A stretch of DNA of 64,000 nt from positions 3,160 to 67,159 of the forward strand of contig FR897805.1 of the NCBI GenBank assembly GCA_000437495.1, written 5' to 3'. Shown here piece after piece: positions 40,497 to 51,169 of the stretch (the first letter of the stretch is position 1; each line of letters opens with the position of its first letter). The DNA comes from Prevotella sp. CAG:485. GTDB taxonomy: Bacteria; Bacteroidota; Bacteroidia; Bacteroidales; Muribaculaceae. The notes below the pieces were generated by a model. The model was not told the origin of the DNA. It did no database searches and saw nothing but the letters and a program-made list of their open reading frames with translations. Both the position numbers and the translations under genes were made by a program.

Positions 40497-42779
40497 TTAG
40501 TAAGCTATCTTGATGGTTTGTTTGCCGTTGGTAACAATGTAGATGCCCTTGGAGGGGAGGGTCATTGTGGCATATCCGTCGGTGGCGACGGCGTTGCCTA
40601 TTTTGCGGCCGGTGTAGTCATAGACAGAGATGATGGCGTTCTCTGAGAGCACTGTGAGGATGCCGTCGGCAGAGATATAAGCGTTGAGCGAGGCAGCCTC
40701 ATCGGTGAATATGCCATTTACGGCCGAGTTGATGCCGCGCATGTGTACGTCGTCAACATAAACGCGTTTTGAGTCGGAGCCGGTAACGACTTTGAGCTGA
40801 ATGCAGAGGCTGTCGCGGGCTGATTCGGGAATGTTGAAGCGCAGAGTGACGGCGCTGTTGGCTTCGAGCGTTGTACCCATCTGACCGTGAGTGTCTTCAA
40901 GCACTACCCAGCCGCCTACTTCTTTGTCGTAATACTGCACACGGACGTTTGAGGTGCGGTCGGCAGAGTTGAAGAGACGCATGCTCATGTTGCTGGCGTC
41001 CTTAACAGCCGAAGTGGTGAGCGTGCCACCCTTGAGCAGACCGGCAGCCTTGGTGCCGTTACAGAGCGTTGAACCGGGCGAATATACGCCGCCTTTGGTG
41101 AATGACCAGTTGCAATATTTGCCGGCAACGTTCTTTGCCGAAGTGCCGCTTGTGGTCATATTCTCGAAGTCTTCGCAGTCGTTGCCTCCGGCGGCTTTGG
41201 TGGCTTTGAAAGTGATGACGCCGTTGCTGTCTTCGTTGATTTCCTCAAGCTGCAGATTAACGTTGAAGCGGTCGTTCCAGCTTATGAGAGCCGGTTCGGT
41301 GAAAGGACCTACCTCATGCACATTGCCGGAACCGGGGAAGGGGTCGCCGTCGCTGTCTTTTATTGCCAGTCCGGTGCCATTGGGTTTGGCACGAACCATC
41401 TCATAGTAGTTGTGTGAGGGGTCGGCATTGATGGTATTGTTTGACCACTGCTGAACGTCGGTGGAGTCCACGCGATATATCAGCATGCCTTCGCCGGGGA
41501 GATATGTGTTCCACTTGGTGCCCGTTTTGCGGCGGTTTTCAAGCAGGAAATATTCGCGGGAGTTGGAAGTGTTGATGATGAAACCCTCGCCGTTGAGGTC
41601 GATGTTATGGAGCGTGAAGCTGCCGGGGTTGGTGATGCGTTTCGGCACGGTGAAGTTGCTCTGATAGCGTTGCAGCAAGGAGTACCCAACAGGAGTGCGC
41701 GAGTAGTTGTTGTAGCTGCCGCCGGCCATGATTGACCAGGCACCCGGGTCGACGCTCTGGCCGCCGCTGCCGGAGTAGTCGGTGTCATACTCGTCCATGA
41801 GACCGAGCACATGGCTGAACTCGTGGCAGATGGTGCCGATGCCGTCGATGCAGTTGTAGAGGGTAGTGCCGTAAAGCTCTGTTGAGCAGGCATAACGGCC
41901 CAGTTTAACGCCGTCGTATACATGCTGCGGCATGGAAGAGGCGTGCGGCCAAACCAGACGCGAGTCGTTGCCGGTGTTGTTGGAGCCTAAGCCGGCAAAG
42001 ATTACGTAGAACATATCAACAACGCCGTCGCCGTCGGTGTCATACTTCGAGAAGTCAATCTGGGAGTCGAGTTTGTCGAGAGCCGCTTTGATAACGGTGC
42101 GGGTATTGGTTGTACGCTGAATGTAATATTGCGAATAATCGACAGATACGGGTCCATAGACATCAAAATTCGGACTGAATTTCTGATAGCTGTTGTCGTA
42201 GAAATAGTCGCGGACACTGCCCGTGTAAACCTGCTTGGAAGAGGCACCAGACGGAGTGAAGCCCGTGTAGTTCTCCTTGTTCATGATGTCGTTGAACAGC
42301 GAGTTGGTGCTCGGCTGAGTGAAACTGCGGTCGTTGAAGGAGATGAGAATGACAAGACCTTTGAACTTCTTATAGTTATAATTGCCGCGCAGGAGACCGT
42401 TTGTCACATTGGCCTGAGCGGCTTGGCGCATCTGTTTTTGTTCCGAAGAGAGGTCTTGCGTCAGACCTTTTGGTATAGAGGCGAGGAAAGCGTTTTCAGC
42501 GGGAGAGCGGAGTTCTGCATCAGTGGCCGCGAAGGCGCTGGGCTGCAGCGAGCCGTTGTCGGCTGCAATGGCATAGCGCCATACACCCTGAGCATCCTGA
42601 AGCACGGTATAGCCGTCGATTGTGGTGAGGAAGCTGTGGAATTCGTCGCCATGAAGGCGCCCGGTGAAGAAAGAGCCGTCGGGCTGCTTCACCTGTCCCG
42701 GTGCCGGATTGGCCTGAACTGCCATCGATACTCCTGTTCCAAGGAGTGCCAGAAGCAAGGATAGGATAAATTTCTTCAT
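40497..42779 (-). CDS. M6-family (immune inhibitor A / InhA-like) zinc metalloprotease with a T9SS C-terminal sorting domain.
   Basis: Has a signal peptide and the zinc-binding motif HEFSHVLGLMDEYD (HExxHxxGxxDEY). The C-terminus ...KGIYIVTNGKQTIKIAY is a type-A CTD. Confidence 0.85.
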   Translation of the reverse strand: MKKFILSLLLALLGTGVSMAVQANPAPGQVKQPDGSFFTGRLHGDEFHSFLTTIDGYTVLQDAQGVWRYAIAADNGSLQPSAFAATDAELRSPAENAFLASIPKGLTQDLSSEQKQMRQAAQANVTNGLLRGNYNYKKFKGLVILISFNDRSFTQPSTNSLFNDIMNKENYTGFTPSGASSKQVYTGSVRDYFYDNSYQKFSPNFDVYGPVSVDYSQYYIQRTTNTRTVIKAALDKLDSQIDFSKYDTDGDGVVDMFYVIFAGLGSNNTGNDSRLVWPHASSMPQHVYDGVKLGRYACSTELYGTTLYNCIDGIGTICHEFSHVLGLMDEYDTDYSGSGGQSVDPGAWSIMAGGSYNNYSRTPVGYSLLQRYQSNFTVPKRITNPGSFTLHNIDLNGEGFIINTSNSREYFLLENRRKTGTKWNTYLPGEGMLIYRVDSTDVQQWSNNTINADPSHNYYEMVRAKPNGTGLAIKDSDGDPFPGSGNVHEVGPFTEPALISWNDRFNVNLQLEEINEDSNGVITFKATKAAGGNDCEDFENMTTSGTSAKNVAGKYCNWSFTKGGVYSPGSTLCNGTKAAGLLKGGTLTTSAVKDASNMSMRLFNSADRTSNVRVQYYDKEVGGWVVLEDTHGQMGTTLEANSAVTLRFNIPESARDSLCIQLKVVTGSDSKRVYVDDVHMRGINSAVNGIFTDEAASLNAYISADGILTVLSENAIISVYDYTGRKIGNAVATDGYATMTLPSKGIYIVTNGKQTIKIAY

Positions 42780-43573
42780 TTGAAGTGATTGATTGAGGTT
42801 AGTTAGTTTGTTCCAACTTTGGAATGTGAGTTTTTTCTATGCCACGAAATTAATATAATTTTTATGAAATTACAAACTACGTTCGGCAGGAGGCACAATT
42901 TTTATGCATATACATTCCGTATTTTTAAATAGGAACCATGTAATCAGGCGTAAATTCCATGGAATCATAGATTATGTAAACAACGGCAAGGTAAAGGGTT
43001 TTGAAAGAGGTTATATGCGCAATGAATGGCCAGATTTTACATCAAAATAACAGGATACGAAGACTGCTGAATTTAACTAATCTACATATATATAAATATA
43101 TATATAGCCTGAAAGCGCCCTAAAAACTCCTTAAATGGGGTTGAAAGTATCAGAGTAAAGGAATAAAAGGAAAAATTATTTAAGATTAATTAACATTTGG
43201 GATTGTTGTATTTTATAAAAATATTATTAATTTTGGGCGAATTTTTTTCGGAAAGCACCGGACGGATTCAAAAGCTTTTTCGGTTAAACAGTATAAAAAG
43301 ACTCACTTTTTAAAAAGCGAAGGAACAAATCCATTACTTAATAAGGGTCAGACGGAAAAGGCGAAGATAGTTGCACTAAGCTATAGCACATCCTTGCGCG
43401 GAACGAATAAGTCGCATTAAAAACAAGAGCAACTTCATTTTCCGTATGAGTCACACTAAAGGTCGCTGATTAAAAAAAGACGAAATTAGACTGTTAACTA
43501 TATCACTAATCTTCTGTTTCGGAGTAAAAGGATTCAACTCCGGAATTACATCAAACGAATCCAACAGAACAAA

Positions 43574-46500
43574 ATGCGAAAACCTATTCTTGGACTTATG
43601 GCAGCCTCATTGGCAATAGCCATAGCCGCGCCCATCGGGGTGAAACAGGTGCTCACAGTGAAGACCCAGCGGACGGAGAAAGCCGTTGAGCAGGGTACAG
43701 CTGCCGAGACTCTCACCACTCCGACGCTGCAACAGCCATCATTCGAGGGTCGCAGCGACATCAAGAGCGCTCCCAACGACGATGCACAGAAGGAGTCGAC
43801 CGTACAGCTGGCTCCCACGCGCAACGCAAACGGACTCTTCCTGGAAGATTTCCAACAGAACGGAACTGTAAAGTTTATTGACGTAGAAAACGATGGAAAA
43901 TGCTGGTATTGGGGTAGTTCCTCCAAATGCCTCATCCACTCGTACGACGGCGAACACAACAAAGATGACTGGGCTATCCTCCGCAAACAGGTGCAGTTGG
44001 AAGCCGGCAAAGTCTACAGCCTCAGCCTCGACACTCGAGTATATTCTGCAGGCACCAAAGAGAAATTTGCAGTAATGTTGGGCAATGACTCAACAATCAG
44101 CGCCATGACCAATGTGGCAATGAGTACTGTAACAGTCGACAACGGCAGTTACGAAAACATCCACTCGGTATTCACAGTGCCTACCACCGGAAAATACTTC
44201 ATCGGTATTCATTCCGAGACACCGAAGGGCGGCACATACGTCTATGTGGATAACGTGGCTATTTCCAACGCCATGAATCCCGGCATCCCGTGCGAAATCA
44301 CCGACCTGCTGGTTACAGCACCCGGCACCGACGGCAAAGCTAACGTAAGCTGCACGGCTCCGAGCAAGGACATCAGTGGCGCAAATCTGTCGAGCATCAC
44401 CAAGATAGAATTCTGGCGCGACGCAACTCCGATTAAGACTATCGACAATCCGACACCCGGCCAGAAGATTTCCTTCGTTGATGAATGTGGCGCAGGCACT
44501 TATACCTGGTCAGTTTCAGTTACCAACGCCAGCGGAACATCGTTTGTAGCTTCTTTCAAAGAGACCGTTATCGGCCCGCGTGGTATTCCTTTCCTCAAGA
44601 CCTTCCCCACGGCTGACTCAATGAAAGAAATGACCATTCTTGACGCCAATAATGACTCCAAGACATGGTATTGGGACCAGTATCAGAAATATGCAGCTCT
44701 GAGTGCGCCTGAGACGGGCGACGACGACTGGTTGTTCACACCCCCGTTGATGCTAAAAGCCGGCAAAGTTTATGAATGGTCTTCACTTATCAGCGCAGGT
44801 AACCCCAATGCCTTCCCGCCCATTGTAGCCGCTTCTATAGGTAATGCTCCTACGGCTGAGGCTATGACCATTGAACTTGCTCCCAAAACTACCATCACCA
44901 AATATGACACCTATTTCTCAAAAGAATTCAGTGTTCCTGCCGACGGTCTTTACTATCTTGGCATACATGGTTGCTCAGAGCAATGGCTGGCCCTTATCAA
45001 GTTGATGAATATCAATGTTGTTGGTGGCGCCGAACTGGAAGGCCCCGCCAAGGTTAATGATGCAATTATTGAAGCTGACTGGAGCGGTCGCACCAAGGAT
45101 GTAAATATCTCTTTCAAGGCTCCGACCAAGACGGGCAGCGACAAGCCGCTTAACTCAATTACCAAGATTGAGATTATGCGTCAGGGCATTGTACAGAAAA
45201 CTTTCAATAACCCCACTCCCGGTGCTGAACTGACATACGTTGACAAGCCGGATGCTGCCGGTGAATACATCTACCGCATTGTGCCTTATAACAGTGCAGG
45301 TCAGGGTGGCGTTGTAGAAGCTACCGTTAACGTAGGCGCACCCGGCAAGAGCGTGCCTTATGTTGAGGACTTCTCTTCAGCTGACAGATGGGAAAATGAA
45401 CTGGTATTCATTGACGCTAACAACGACGGTACTTGCTTCTGGCATGCTACTTCCACTACTCCTCCCTATGCATGGGTTCACAATAACGGAAAAGATGGAA
45501 CTACATTCGACGATTACCTGATTACTCCGGGCATCGAACTCAAAGAGGGCGACACTTATAAGATTTCTGCCGACGCTTACGGTTATGGCCACAATATGAG
45601 CATCCTGATTGGTTCTGCTCCGAAGATTGCTGACCTTACCAATAACGTTAAGACTGAAACCCTTGGTGAAGACTGGGTTAACTACAGCGGCGAATTTGTA
45701 GCTCCTTACACCGGCAAATTCTATATCGGCATCCGCGACTTTGCTGAAGCAGGCAAGGCCCTCTCCGATTTCCATGTTGCCAATATCCGTCTCGACCGCA
45801 TTGGCGGCCCCGGCACTCCGGCAGCTATCACCAATCTCGTAATCACTCCTGACGCCACCGGCGCTCCGAAGATGACGTTCAAGTTCAACGCTCCTAACAA
45901 GACGTACGACAACAAGACTCTGGAAAGCCTGACGAAGGTTACCATCAAACGCGACGGTGCCGAAGTCAAGAGCTTTGAAAACCCGGCTCCCGGCGCAGCT
46001 CTGGAATACACAGACGCTCCCGGTGCTGACGGCGAATATTCATACACCTTCATGGCCTTCAACGACAAGGGCGATGGCTCTCCCACGGAATATTTAGGCT
46101 TCGCAGGCGTTGACCTGCCCGCTCTGCCCACTAATATCGTTGCTACCGATATGGGCAATGGCAAGGTTAAGATTACATGGGACCCCGTGACCAAGACTCT
46201 GCACGGCGCTGAAATTCCCGCTCCTCCCATCTATGTAGTGCTTGAATCAGGCGACACTGACGAAACTCAGCTTGGCCAGACAACGAAGTGCGAATACATC
46301 TACGACGCTTACGATGTCAACGAGCAGAAACATTTCTGGTATGCTATCTTCCCGTTCAACTCAAAGAACGAACATGGCAGCTATGGCAAATCAAACGACA
46401 TCTTCGTAGGCAAGGCTTATACTCTGAGCTTCCTGGAATCATTCGAGAATGGTTCGCCGAAATCACCGCTGGCAATCCAGCATCTCGTATTCTCACCGGC

Positions 46501-48304
46501 ATGGAGCCTCTGCACCGATGCCACCTTCAGCGACCTCAATTCATGCGACGGCGACAATGGTTTCCTCGCTCAGAAAGGTTACATCAATAACAAGAGTGTT
46601 GCTTCTACGGGCAAAATCAGCCTCAAAGACGCCATTTCTCCCACATTCTCCTTCTACATTGATAACATCAACCCGGAAGACTACCAGAACGAAATAGCAG
46701 TTGTTGTTAGAGAGGTAGGCAACCCCGAATGGCATGAAATTTATCACAAGAAGATTCGCGAAGTCGTTCCTAACAAGGGCTGGGGCCGTATCTCGGTTGA
46801 CCTGAAAGCTTGGAAGGGCAAAGACATTCACGTTGGTCTGATTCCTACTGTAAACTACACAGACGACACTCACGCTTCTTATTACAGCTGGACCCTCATG
46901 GACGCTCTGCGTGTTCATAACCTCACCAACAAAGACCTCGGCGGCAATATGATTATTTCGTCGGAAAGCGTTGACGCAGGTCAGGACGTTGACATCAACG
47001 TTACCGTTACCAACAACGGCGAGCAGCCTTCAGGCGCTTATCGTGTTGACCTCTACAAGAACAATAAGGTTGTTGACAGCCTCAACGGCGCAAGCCTCGC
47101 ATCAGGCAAATCGCAGGTTATCACCTTCTCGCAGGGCACAAACGTAGCAGACAAGGATCAGGTTGAATTCTTTGCTAAGGTTGTTCTTGCAGGCGATGAG
47201 AATGAGAAAGACAACACCACATCTGTTGGTACCATTAAGGTTAACAAACCTATCTACCCGGCAGTTAACGGCCTCGCAGCTGAAGAAATGGCCGAAGCCA
47301 AAGGCTCGATAGCAGTAACCTGGACCGCTCCTTCAATGGACCAAGTTCCTCCCACGCCGTTCACCGAAACGTTTGAAACCGCTCCGAGCTACAGCCTCAC
47401 AGACGCTTGCGGCTGGACCCTGGTTGACGTTGACAAGACTCCGGTTGCCGGCTTCCAGCAGTTCAACTTCCCCGGTATCACCATCGGTACCACTCTGGCT
47501 TCCTTCTTCGTTGTTGACAACACAGCTTCCGAGCTGGGTCAGTTTGCCAGCATCTTCGGCGGCAACAACGGCTCAAAGAAGAGCCTCGGCTCACTGCTCG
47601 CTTACAGCGGCACTCCCGACGACTGGGCTATCTCACCCGAACTCTACGGCGGCGCTCAGGTTGTTAGCTTCTACGGCAAGAACCTCCAGGACAATATGCC
47701 TGAAAAGGTTGAACTCTGGTACTCCACCGGTTCACTCGACCCCAACGACTTCATATTCGTGAAGAAGTGGGATCTCACCAACAGCGCTTATACCAAGTAC
47801 AGTGCATACATCCCCGAAGGCGCAAAACGCGTTGCTATCCGTCATAACTTCGAAGGTGGTATCCTTCAGGTCGACGACATCAACTTCCGTCGCGCCGGCG
47901 ATACCAAAGAGACCGTTACCCTCAAGGGTTACAACGTATACCGCGATGGCGAACTCCTGAATGAGAACCCCATCACCGCCATGCGTTATGTTGACACCAA
48001 CGTTGAGGAAGGTGACCACGAATATGCAGTAAACGCTATCTACGACAAGGGCGAGAGCAACAGCCGCACTGTTACTGTTCACTCCTCTTCAGTAGGCGAC
48101 GTTCTTGAAGGCAAGACTGCTGTTTATGGCAGCTACGGCACCATCGAGATTCTCAATGCATGCGGCCAGGCTGTAACGCTCGTAAGCGTCGACGGCACCG
48201 TGCTTTACAACGGCATCGGTCAGGACAACATGACCATCCGCGCTGCTGCCGGTATCTATCTGGTGAAAGTTGCTGACAAAGCTTATAAGGTAACTGTGAA
48301 ATAA
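43574..48304 (+). CDS. Giant (1576 aa) T9SS-secreted multi-domain adhesin-like protein.
   Basis: It has a signal peptide. Three roughly 130-aa beta-sandwich modules (F-D-x-NDG-x-W-W ... G-K-Y-Y/F-I-G-I-H ... V-D-N-V) resemble cleaved-adhesin / choice-of-anchor-J domains, and each is followed by an Fn3-like module (consensus ...PxKxxSxLxSxTKxxIxRxG...NPxPG...Y). A CARDB-like domain (DVDINVTVTNNGEQPSGAYRVDLYKNNKVV) and a further choice-of-anchor-J-like module follow. It ends in a classic type-A CTD (...AAGIYLVKVADKAYKVTVK). Confidence 0.85.
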   Translation: MRKPILGLMAASLAIAIAAPIGVKQVLTVKTQRTEKAVEQGTAAETLTTPTLQQPSFEGRSDIKSAPNDDAQKESTVQLAPTRNANGLFLEDFQQNGTVKFIDVENDGKCWYWGSSSKCLIHSYDGEHNKDDWAILRKQVQLEAGKVYSLSLDTRVYSAGTKEKFAVMLGNDSTISAMTNVAMSTVTVDNGSYENIHSVFTVPTTGKYFIGIHSETPKGGTYVYVDNVAISNAMNPGIPCEITDLLVTAPGTDGKANVSCTAPSKDISGANLSSITKIEFWRDATPIKTIDNPTPGQKISFVDECGAGTYTWSVSVTNASGTSFVASFKETVIGPRGIPFLKTFPTADSMKEMTILDANNDSKTWYWDQYQKYAALSAPETGDDDWLFTPPLMLKAGKVYEWSSLISAGNPNAFPPIVAASIGNAPTAEAMTIELAPKTTITKYDTYFSKEFSVPADGLYYLGIHGCSEQWLALIKLMNINVVGGAELEGPAKVNDAIIEADWSGRTKDVNISFKAPTKTGSDKPLNSITKIEIMRQGIVQKTFNNPTPGAELTYVDKPDAAGEYIYRIVPYNSAGQGGVVEATVNVGAPGKSVPYVEDFSSADRWENELVFIDANNDGTCFWHATSTTPPYAWVHNNGKDGTTFDDYLITPGIELKEGDTYKISADAYGYGHNMSILIGSAPKIADLTNNVKTETLGEDWVNYSGEFVAPYTGKFYIGIRDFAEAGKALSDFHVANIRLDRIGGPGTPAAITNLVITPDATGAPKMTFKFNAPNKTYDNKTLESLTKVTIKRDGAEVKSFENPAPGAALEYTDAPGADGEYSYTFMAFNDKGDGSPTEYLGFAGVDLPALPTNIVATDMGNGKVKITWDPVTKTLHGAEIPAPPIYVVLESGDTDETQLGQTTKCEYIYDAYDVNEQKHFWYAIFPFNSKNEHGSYGKSNDIFVGKAYTLSFLESFENGSPKSPLAIQHLVFSPAWSLCTDATFSDLNSCDGDNGFLAQKGYINNKSVASTGKISLKDAISPTFSFYIDNINPEDYQNEIAVVVREVGNPEWHEIYHKKIREVVPNKGWGRISVDLKAWKGKDIHVGLIPTVNYTDDTHASYYSWTLMDALRVHNLTNKDLGGNMIISSESVDAGQDVDINVTVTNNGEQPSGAYRVDLYKNNKVVDSLNGASLASGKSQVITFSQGTNVADKDQVEFFAKVVLAGDENEKDNTTSVGTIKVNKPIYPAVNGLAAEEMAEAKGSIAVTWTAPSMDQVPPTPFTETFETAPSYSLTDACGWTLVDVDKTPVAGFQQFNFPGITIGTTLASFFVVDNTASELGQFASIFGGNNGSKKSLGSLLAYSGTPDDWAISPELYGGAQVVSFYGKNLQDNMPEKVELWYSTGSLDPNDFIFVKKWDLTNSAYTKYSAYIPEGAKRVAIRHNFEGGILQVDDINFRRAGDTKETVTLKGYNVYRDGELLNENPITAMRYVDTNVEEGDHEYAVNAIYDKGESNSRTVTVHSSSVGDVLEGKTAVYGSYGTIEILNACGQAVTLVSVDGTVLYNGIGQDNMTIRAAAGIYLVKVADKAYKVTVK

Positions 48305-48350
48305 ATTCTCCCATTGCCGGCGTTGATTTGAGGCCGGTAACCAAAAGTTT

Positions 48351-48390
48351 AGGGTGTGCAGGAATTACGGCACACCCTAATTCTATTTTG
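48351..48390. terminator. Hairpin terminator shared by the convergent adhesin and pepC genes.
   Basis: AGGGTGTGCAGGAATTACGGCACACCCT followed by AATTCTATTTTG. Confidence 0.5.
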
Positions 48391-48401
48391 AGTAAACAAT
48401 C

Positions 48402-49796
48402 TTAGTCTTCGGGAGCGAACATCGGGTCCCAGGCAGGCAGGGTAGTGGGTTTCTGTTTCAGCACGTTGAGAATTTCTTCTGAAGCATATTTTTTATTTAC
48501 CACCAGGCGGAACATATACTCGTCGAACCATTTGTCGGTCATGATGAGGTGCCCGTTGTTCGGGCCTTGTCCCCACGAGTTTTCAACCATCCATTTGGTG
48601 GGTTTGCCATCCTTGTCAAGGTCAACAGCCATCAGCGTCATGGCGTGTGAGGAGGCGCTGCCGTAAGTGCGGATACGGTCGGCTTTGTTCATGCCGAAGT
48701 TGATGCCGAGCAGCGATTCATAGTCGTAGTTGGCCGGGTCCATGACGCCGCGCTGGCGGTCGAGAAACTTGCCTACATCGCATGAGAAATACATCATTGT
48801 GGAGTCTTTGATAGAGGCTATGGCCATCTCCTTGATGTTCTCTATGGGCAGATTGATGTATGTCCAGTTCTCACCATCGTAGGTGTGGCGGTCGTAGTCA
48901 ATCTGATAGAGCTTCCAGTAGGGACGCGTGGGGTCATTCATCACCATGATGTAGTCGTTCTTCAGGTCATTGCCGGCAAATTCCTTATAGAACTGCTGAG
49001 GAGTATAGGTGCGAGTGTCCACCACTTTACCCTTGGAGTTCTTGCGTGTCCAGGTAAACTCTGTGGGAGGGTTGCCAATGGTGCGGGCGAGTACCTGATA
49101 TACTCCCTGCATCATCTGCTCTTTGCGTTGCTGAATAGCTGCCGGTTTGGCGTTTTTCTTCTTCATCTCGCGCAGCTCAAGGGCATCTTCGCGCAGCTTG
49201 AGGCTCAGCAGGCGGTTGACTTTTGAGGTATGGTTGGCGGTCCAAGTCTCGGGCATAGCCTCAGCGGGTACCACGCCATATTTGCTGATGTTGTCGCTCA
49301 GACCGGTGTATTGGCCGCCGTCGCTGAGCGGGTTGCGGAAGAGCCAGTCAACGGTACGGTCATCCATGGGCTTGTCGCTCGTATCTATGATGGCCTGCAG
49401 GAAGAGGTTCGATTTCTCGAGCTGGTCGTAGAAGAAATTGTAGGCCTGGCTCAGGTGGAGTTCGTCGAGGTCGTTTTGCAGCATCATCTGCGAACGGAGC
49501 ACGTTAAGGCCCGTGAAGAGCCAGCAGCGACCCGACGATTTCTGGTCGGTGATGCCGCGTGAGGGCACTTTGTTAGAGAAGTTATCGTCAACAAGCACAG
49601 CTTCCGAGTTGAGTGCCAGTTTGTCGAGGTCAGTGCTGTTAAGCGCATTGCGGATGGCCTTGTCGGCGGCTGTAGGTTTGTAGTTGTTGCGCATACGTTG
49701 CAGCATGGCCGCATCGATGCCGCCGCCCGGTGTTGCGCCTAAAGCGCCCAGGAAGGCTGTTGCCGTGAGGGCGAAAGTGAAAAGATATTTTTTCAT
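48402..49796 (-). CDS. pepC: C1-family aminopeptidase C (bleomycin-hydrolase-like) with a signal peptide.
   Basis: Has the catalytic Cys motif QKSSGRCWLF and a C-terminal His/Asn region, preceded by a signal peptide MKKYLFTFALTATAFLGALGA. Confidence 0.85.
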   Translation of the reverse strand: MKKYLFTFALTATAFLGALGATPGGGIDAAMLQRMRNNYKPTAADKAIRNALNSTDLDKLALNSEAVLVDDNFSNKVPSRGITDQKSSGRCWLFTGLNVLRSQMMLQNDLDELHLSQAYNFFYDQLEKSNLFLQAIIDTSDKPMDDRTVDWLFRNPLSDGGQYTGLSDNISKYGVVPAEAMPETWTANHTSKVNRLLSLKLREDALELREMKKKNAKPAAIQQRKEQMMQGVYQVLARTIGNPPTEFTWTRKNSKGKVVDTRTYTPQQFYKEFAGNDLKNDYIMVMNDPTRPYWKLYQIDYDRHTYDGENWTYINLPIENIKEMAIASIKDSTMMYFSCDVGKFLDRQRGVMDPANYDYESLLGINFGMNKADRIRTYGSASSHAMTLMAVDLDKDGKPTKWMVENSWGQGPNNGHLIMTDKWFDEYMFRLVVNKKYASEEILNVLKQKPTTLPAWDPMFAPED

Positions 49797-49895
49797 GTTG
49801 TGGGTTTAGGTTGTCTGTTATGTTGGTTAGTATGTGCAAAGTTAGAGGATAAATTTCATTTATCCAAGAAATTGAGCCGAGCAGGTGTTGTTGGC

Positions 49896-51158
49896 TTACG
49901 GAATGTATTCCGGCAGGGGAGTAGATGCCGTTTTAGCCGACTTGAGTGTAAAGACCGTGATTTCGGGCGTTGCTCCAATGCGGAAAGGAAGACCCACTTC
50001 GCCGGCACCGATGTTGACATACAGGTATGAGGGACGCTGTTGGCGGATAGGTTCCGAGGCATATAAACCACCCCAAACCATGTATCGCCATGCTGCCGGC
50101 GACCACCGGAAGTCGCCTCGTTTTATTTGCGTCTGCATGGCGTGAGTATGGCCGCTGAGGGTGAGGTCGGTGTTCGACTCATGCCTTACGTGCTGACGCC
50201 AGTGCTCGGGATTATGGCTGAGCAGAATTTTAAATTCCGGGCCGTAAGGCTGCAGCGGCGCACCACTGTCAACGCTTTGAGTCAGAGCTTTGTGCAAATC
50301 ACCTATTGCCGAGAAGGGAGGCTCTCCCCAGTTCTCAACGCCCAGAATGATTATTGAATCGTTGGCACGACACAGAGCCAAGTGGCTGTTCTCAAGCATT
50401 CTCCAACCCATTTCGCGCTGCAACGACCGCACCAACTGCTCGTTGGCTGCTTCTGCCTTCTTTGATGGCCAATGGCCGTAAGTGGCATAGTCGTGATTGC
50501 CCATTATGGTGATGACGCCGCAGGGTGCGCTGAGGCGCTTCAACACCGGTATAAAGGGCTTCAGTTCAGCGGCATCGCGGTTCACTATATCGCCTGTAAA
50601 GACTATAAGGTCAGGTTTCTGAGCGTTTACACTGTCAACCAGGTTATGGATGAAAGAAGTGTCTTTGCCCCATGTGCCCAGATGCAGGTCGCTGATTTGA
50701 GCTATCCTGAAGTTGTTGAAGTTTTGCGGTAACTGCGGTGAGGCAATCTCCACATTCACCGTTTCGATTTCGCGTCGACCCTCGGTGGCACCCCACCACA
50801 TTATGGCAAAGCCCACAAGGCCTAACGGAAGTCCCACATACATCCCCAGCGGAATACGTTTCTTTTTCCACAGCGTGGGAATTAACCCTATCAGCCCCCA
50901 TATCACCATGCTCAACTTCACTGCATAGATGCTCAGCCAGGTAAACAGAAGCCACATTTTCGGTGTCAGGGAAGATGAAATATTCTTCCATGGCAAAGCA
51001 ATGGCCACAATGAGCAATACCCAGCATAACGCTGCGAAGGTGAAGTATGGAATACGCCATTTGGGCCTCGCTGCCTTCGGGTGCAAAAGCCACAAAGAAC
51101 AGTCGATGGCAAAGGCGAATATGATGTACGACAGAATTATTATTACATCGAAACGCAT
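49896..51158 (-). CDS. Membrane-anchored metallophosphoesterase.
   Basis: Four or five N-terminal TM helices are followed by a calcineurin-like phosphoesterase domain (ISDLHLG, GDIVNRD, GNHD, GHTH). Confidence 0.75.
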   Translation of the reverse strand: MRFDVIIILSYIIFAFAIDCSLWLLHPKAARPKWRIPYFTFAALCWVLLIVAIALPWKNISSSLTPKMWLLFTWLSIYAVKLSMVIWGLIGLIPTLWKKKRIPLGMYVGLPLGLVGFAIMWWGATEGRREIETVNVEIASPQLPQNFNNFRIAQISDLHLGTWGKDTSFIHNLVDSVNAQKPDLIVFTGDIVNRDAAELKPFIPVLKRLSAPCGVITIMGNHDYATYGHWPSKKAEAANEQLVRSLQREMGWRMLENSHLALCRANDSIIILGVENWGEPPFSAIGDLHKALTQSVDSGAPLQPYGPEFKILLSHNPEHWRQHVRHESNTDLTLSGHTHAMQTQIKRGDFRWSPAAWRYMVWGGLYASEPIRQQRPSYLYVNIGAGEVGLPFRIGATPEITVFTLKSAKTASTPLPEYIP

Positions 51159-51169
51159 ATATCTTGAGG

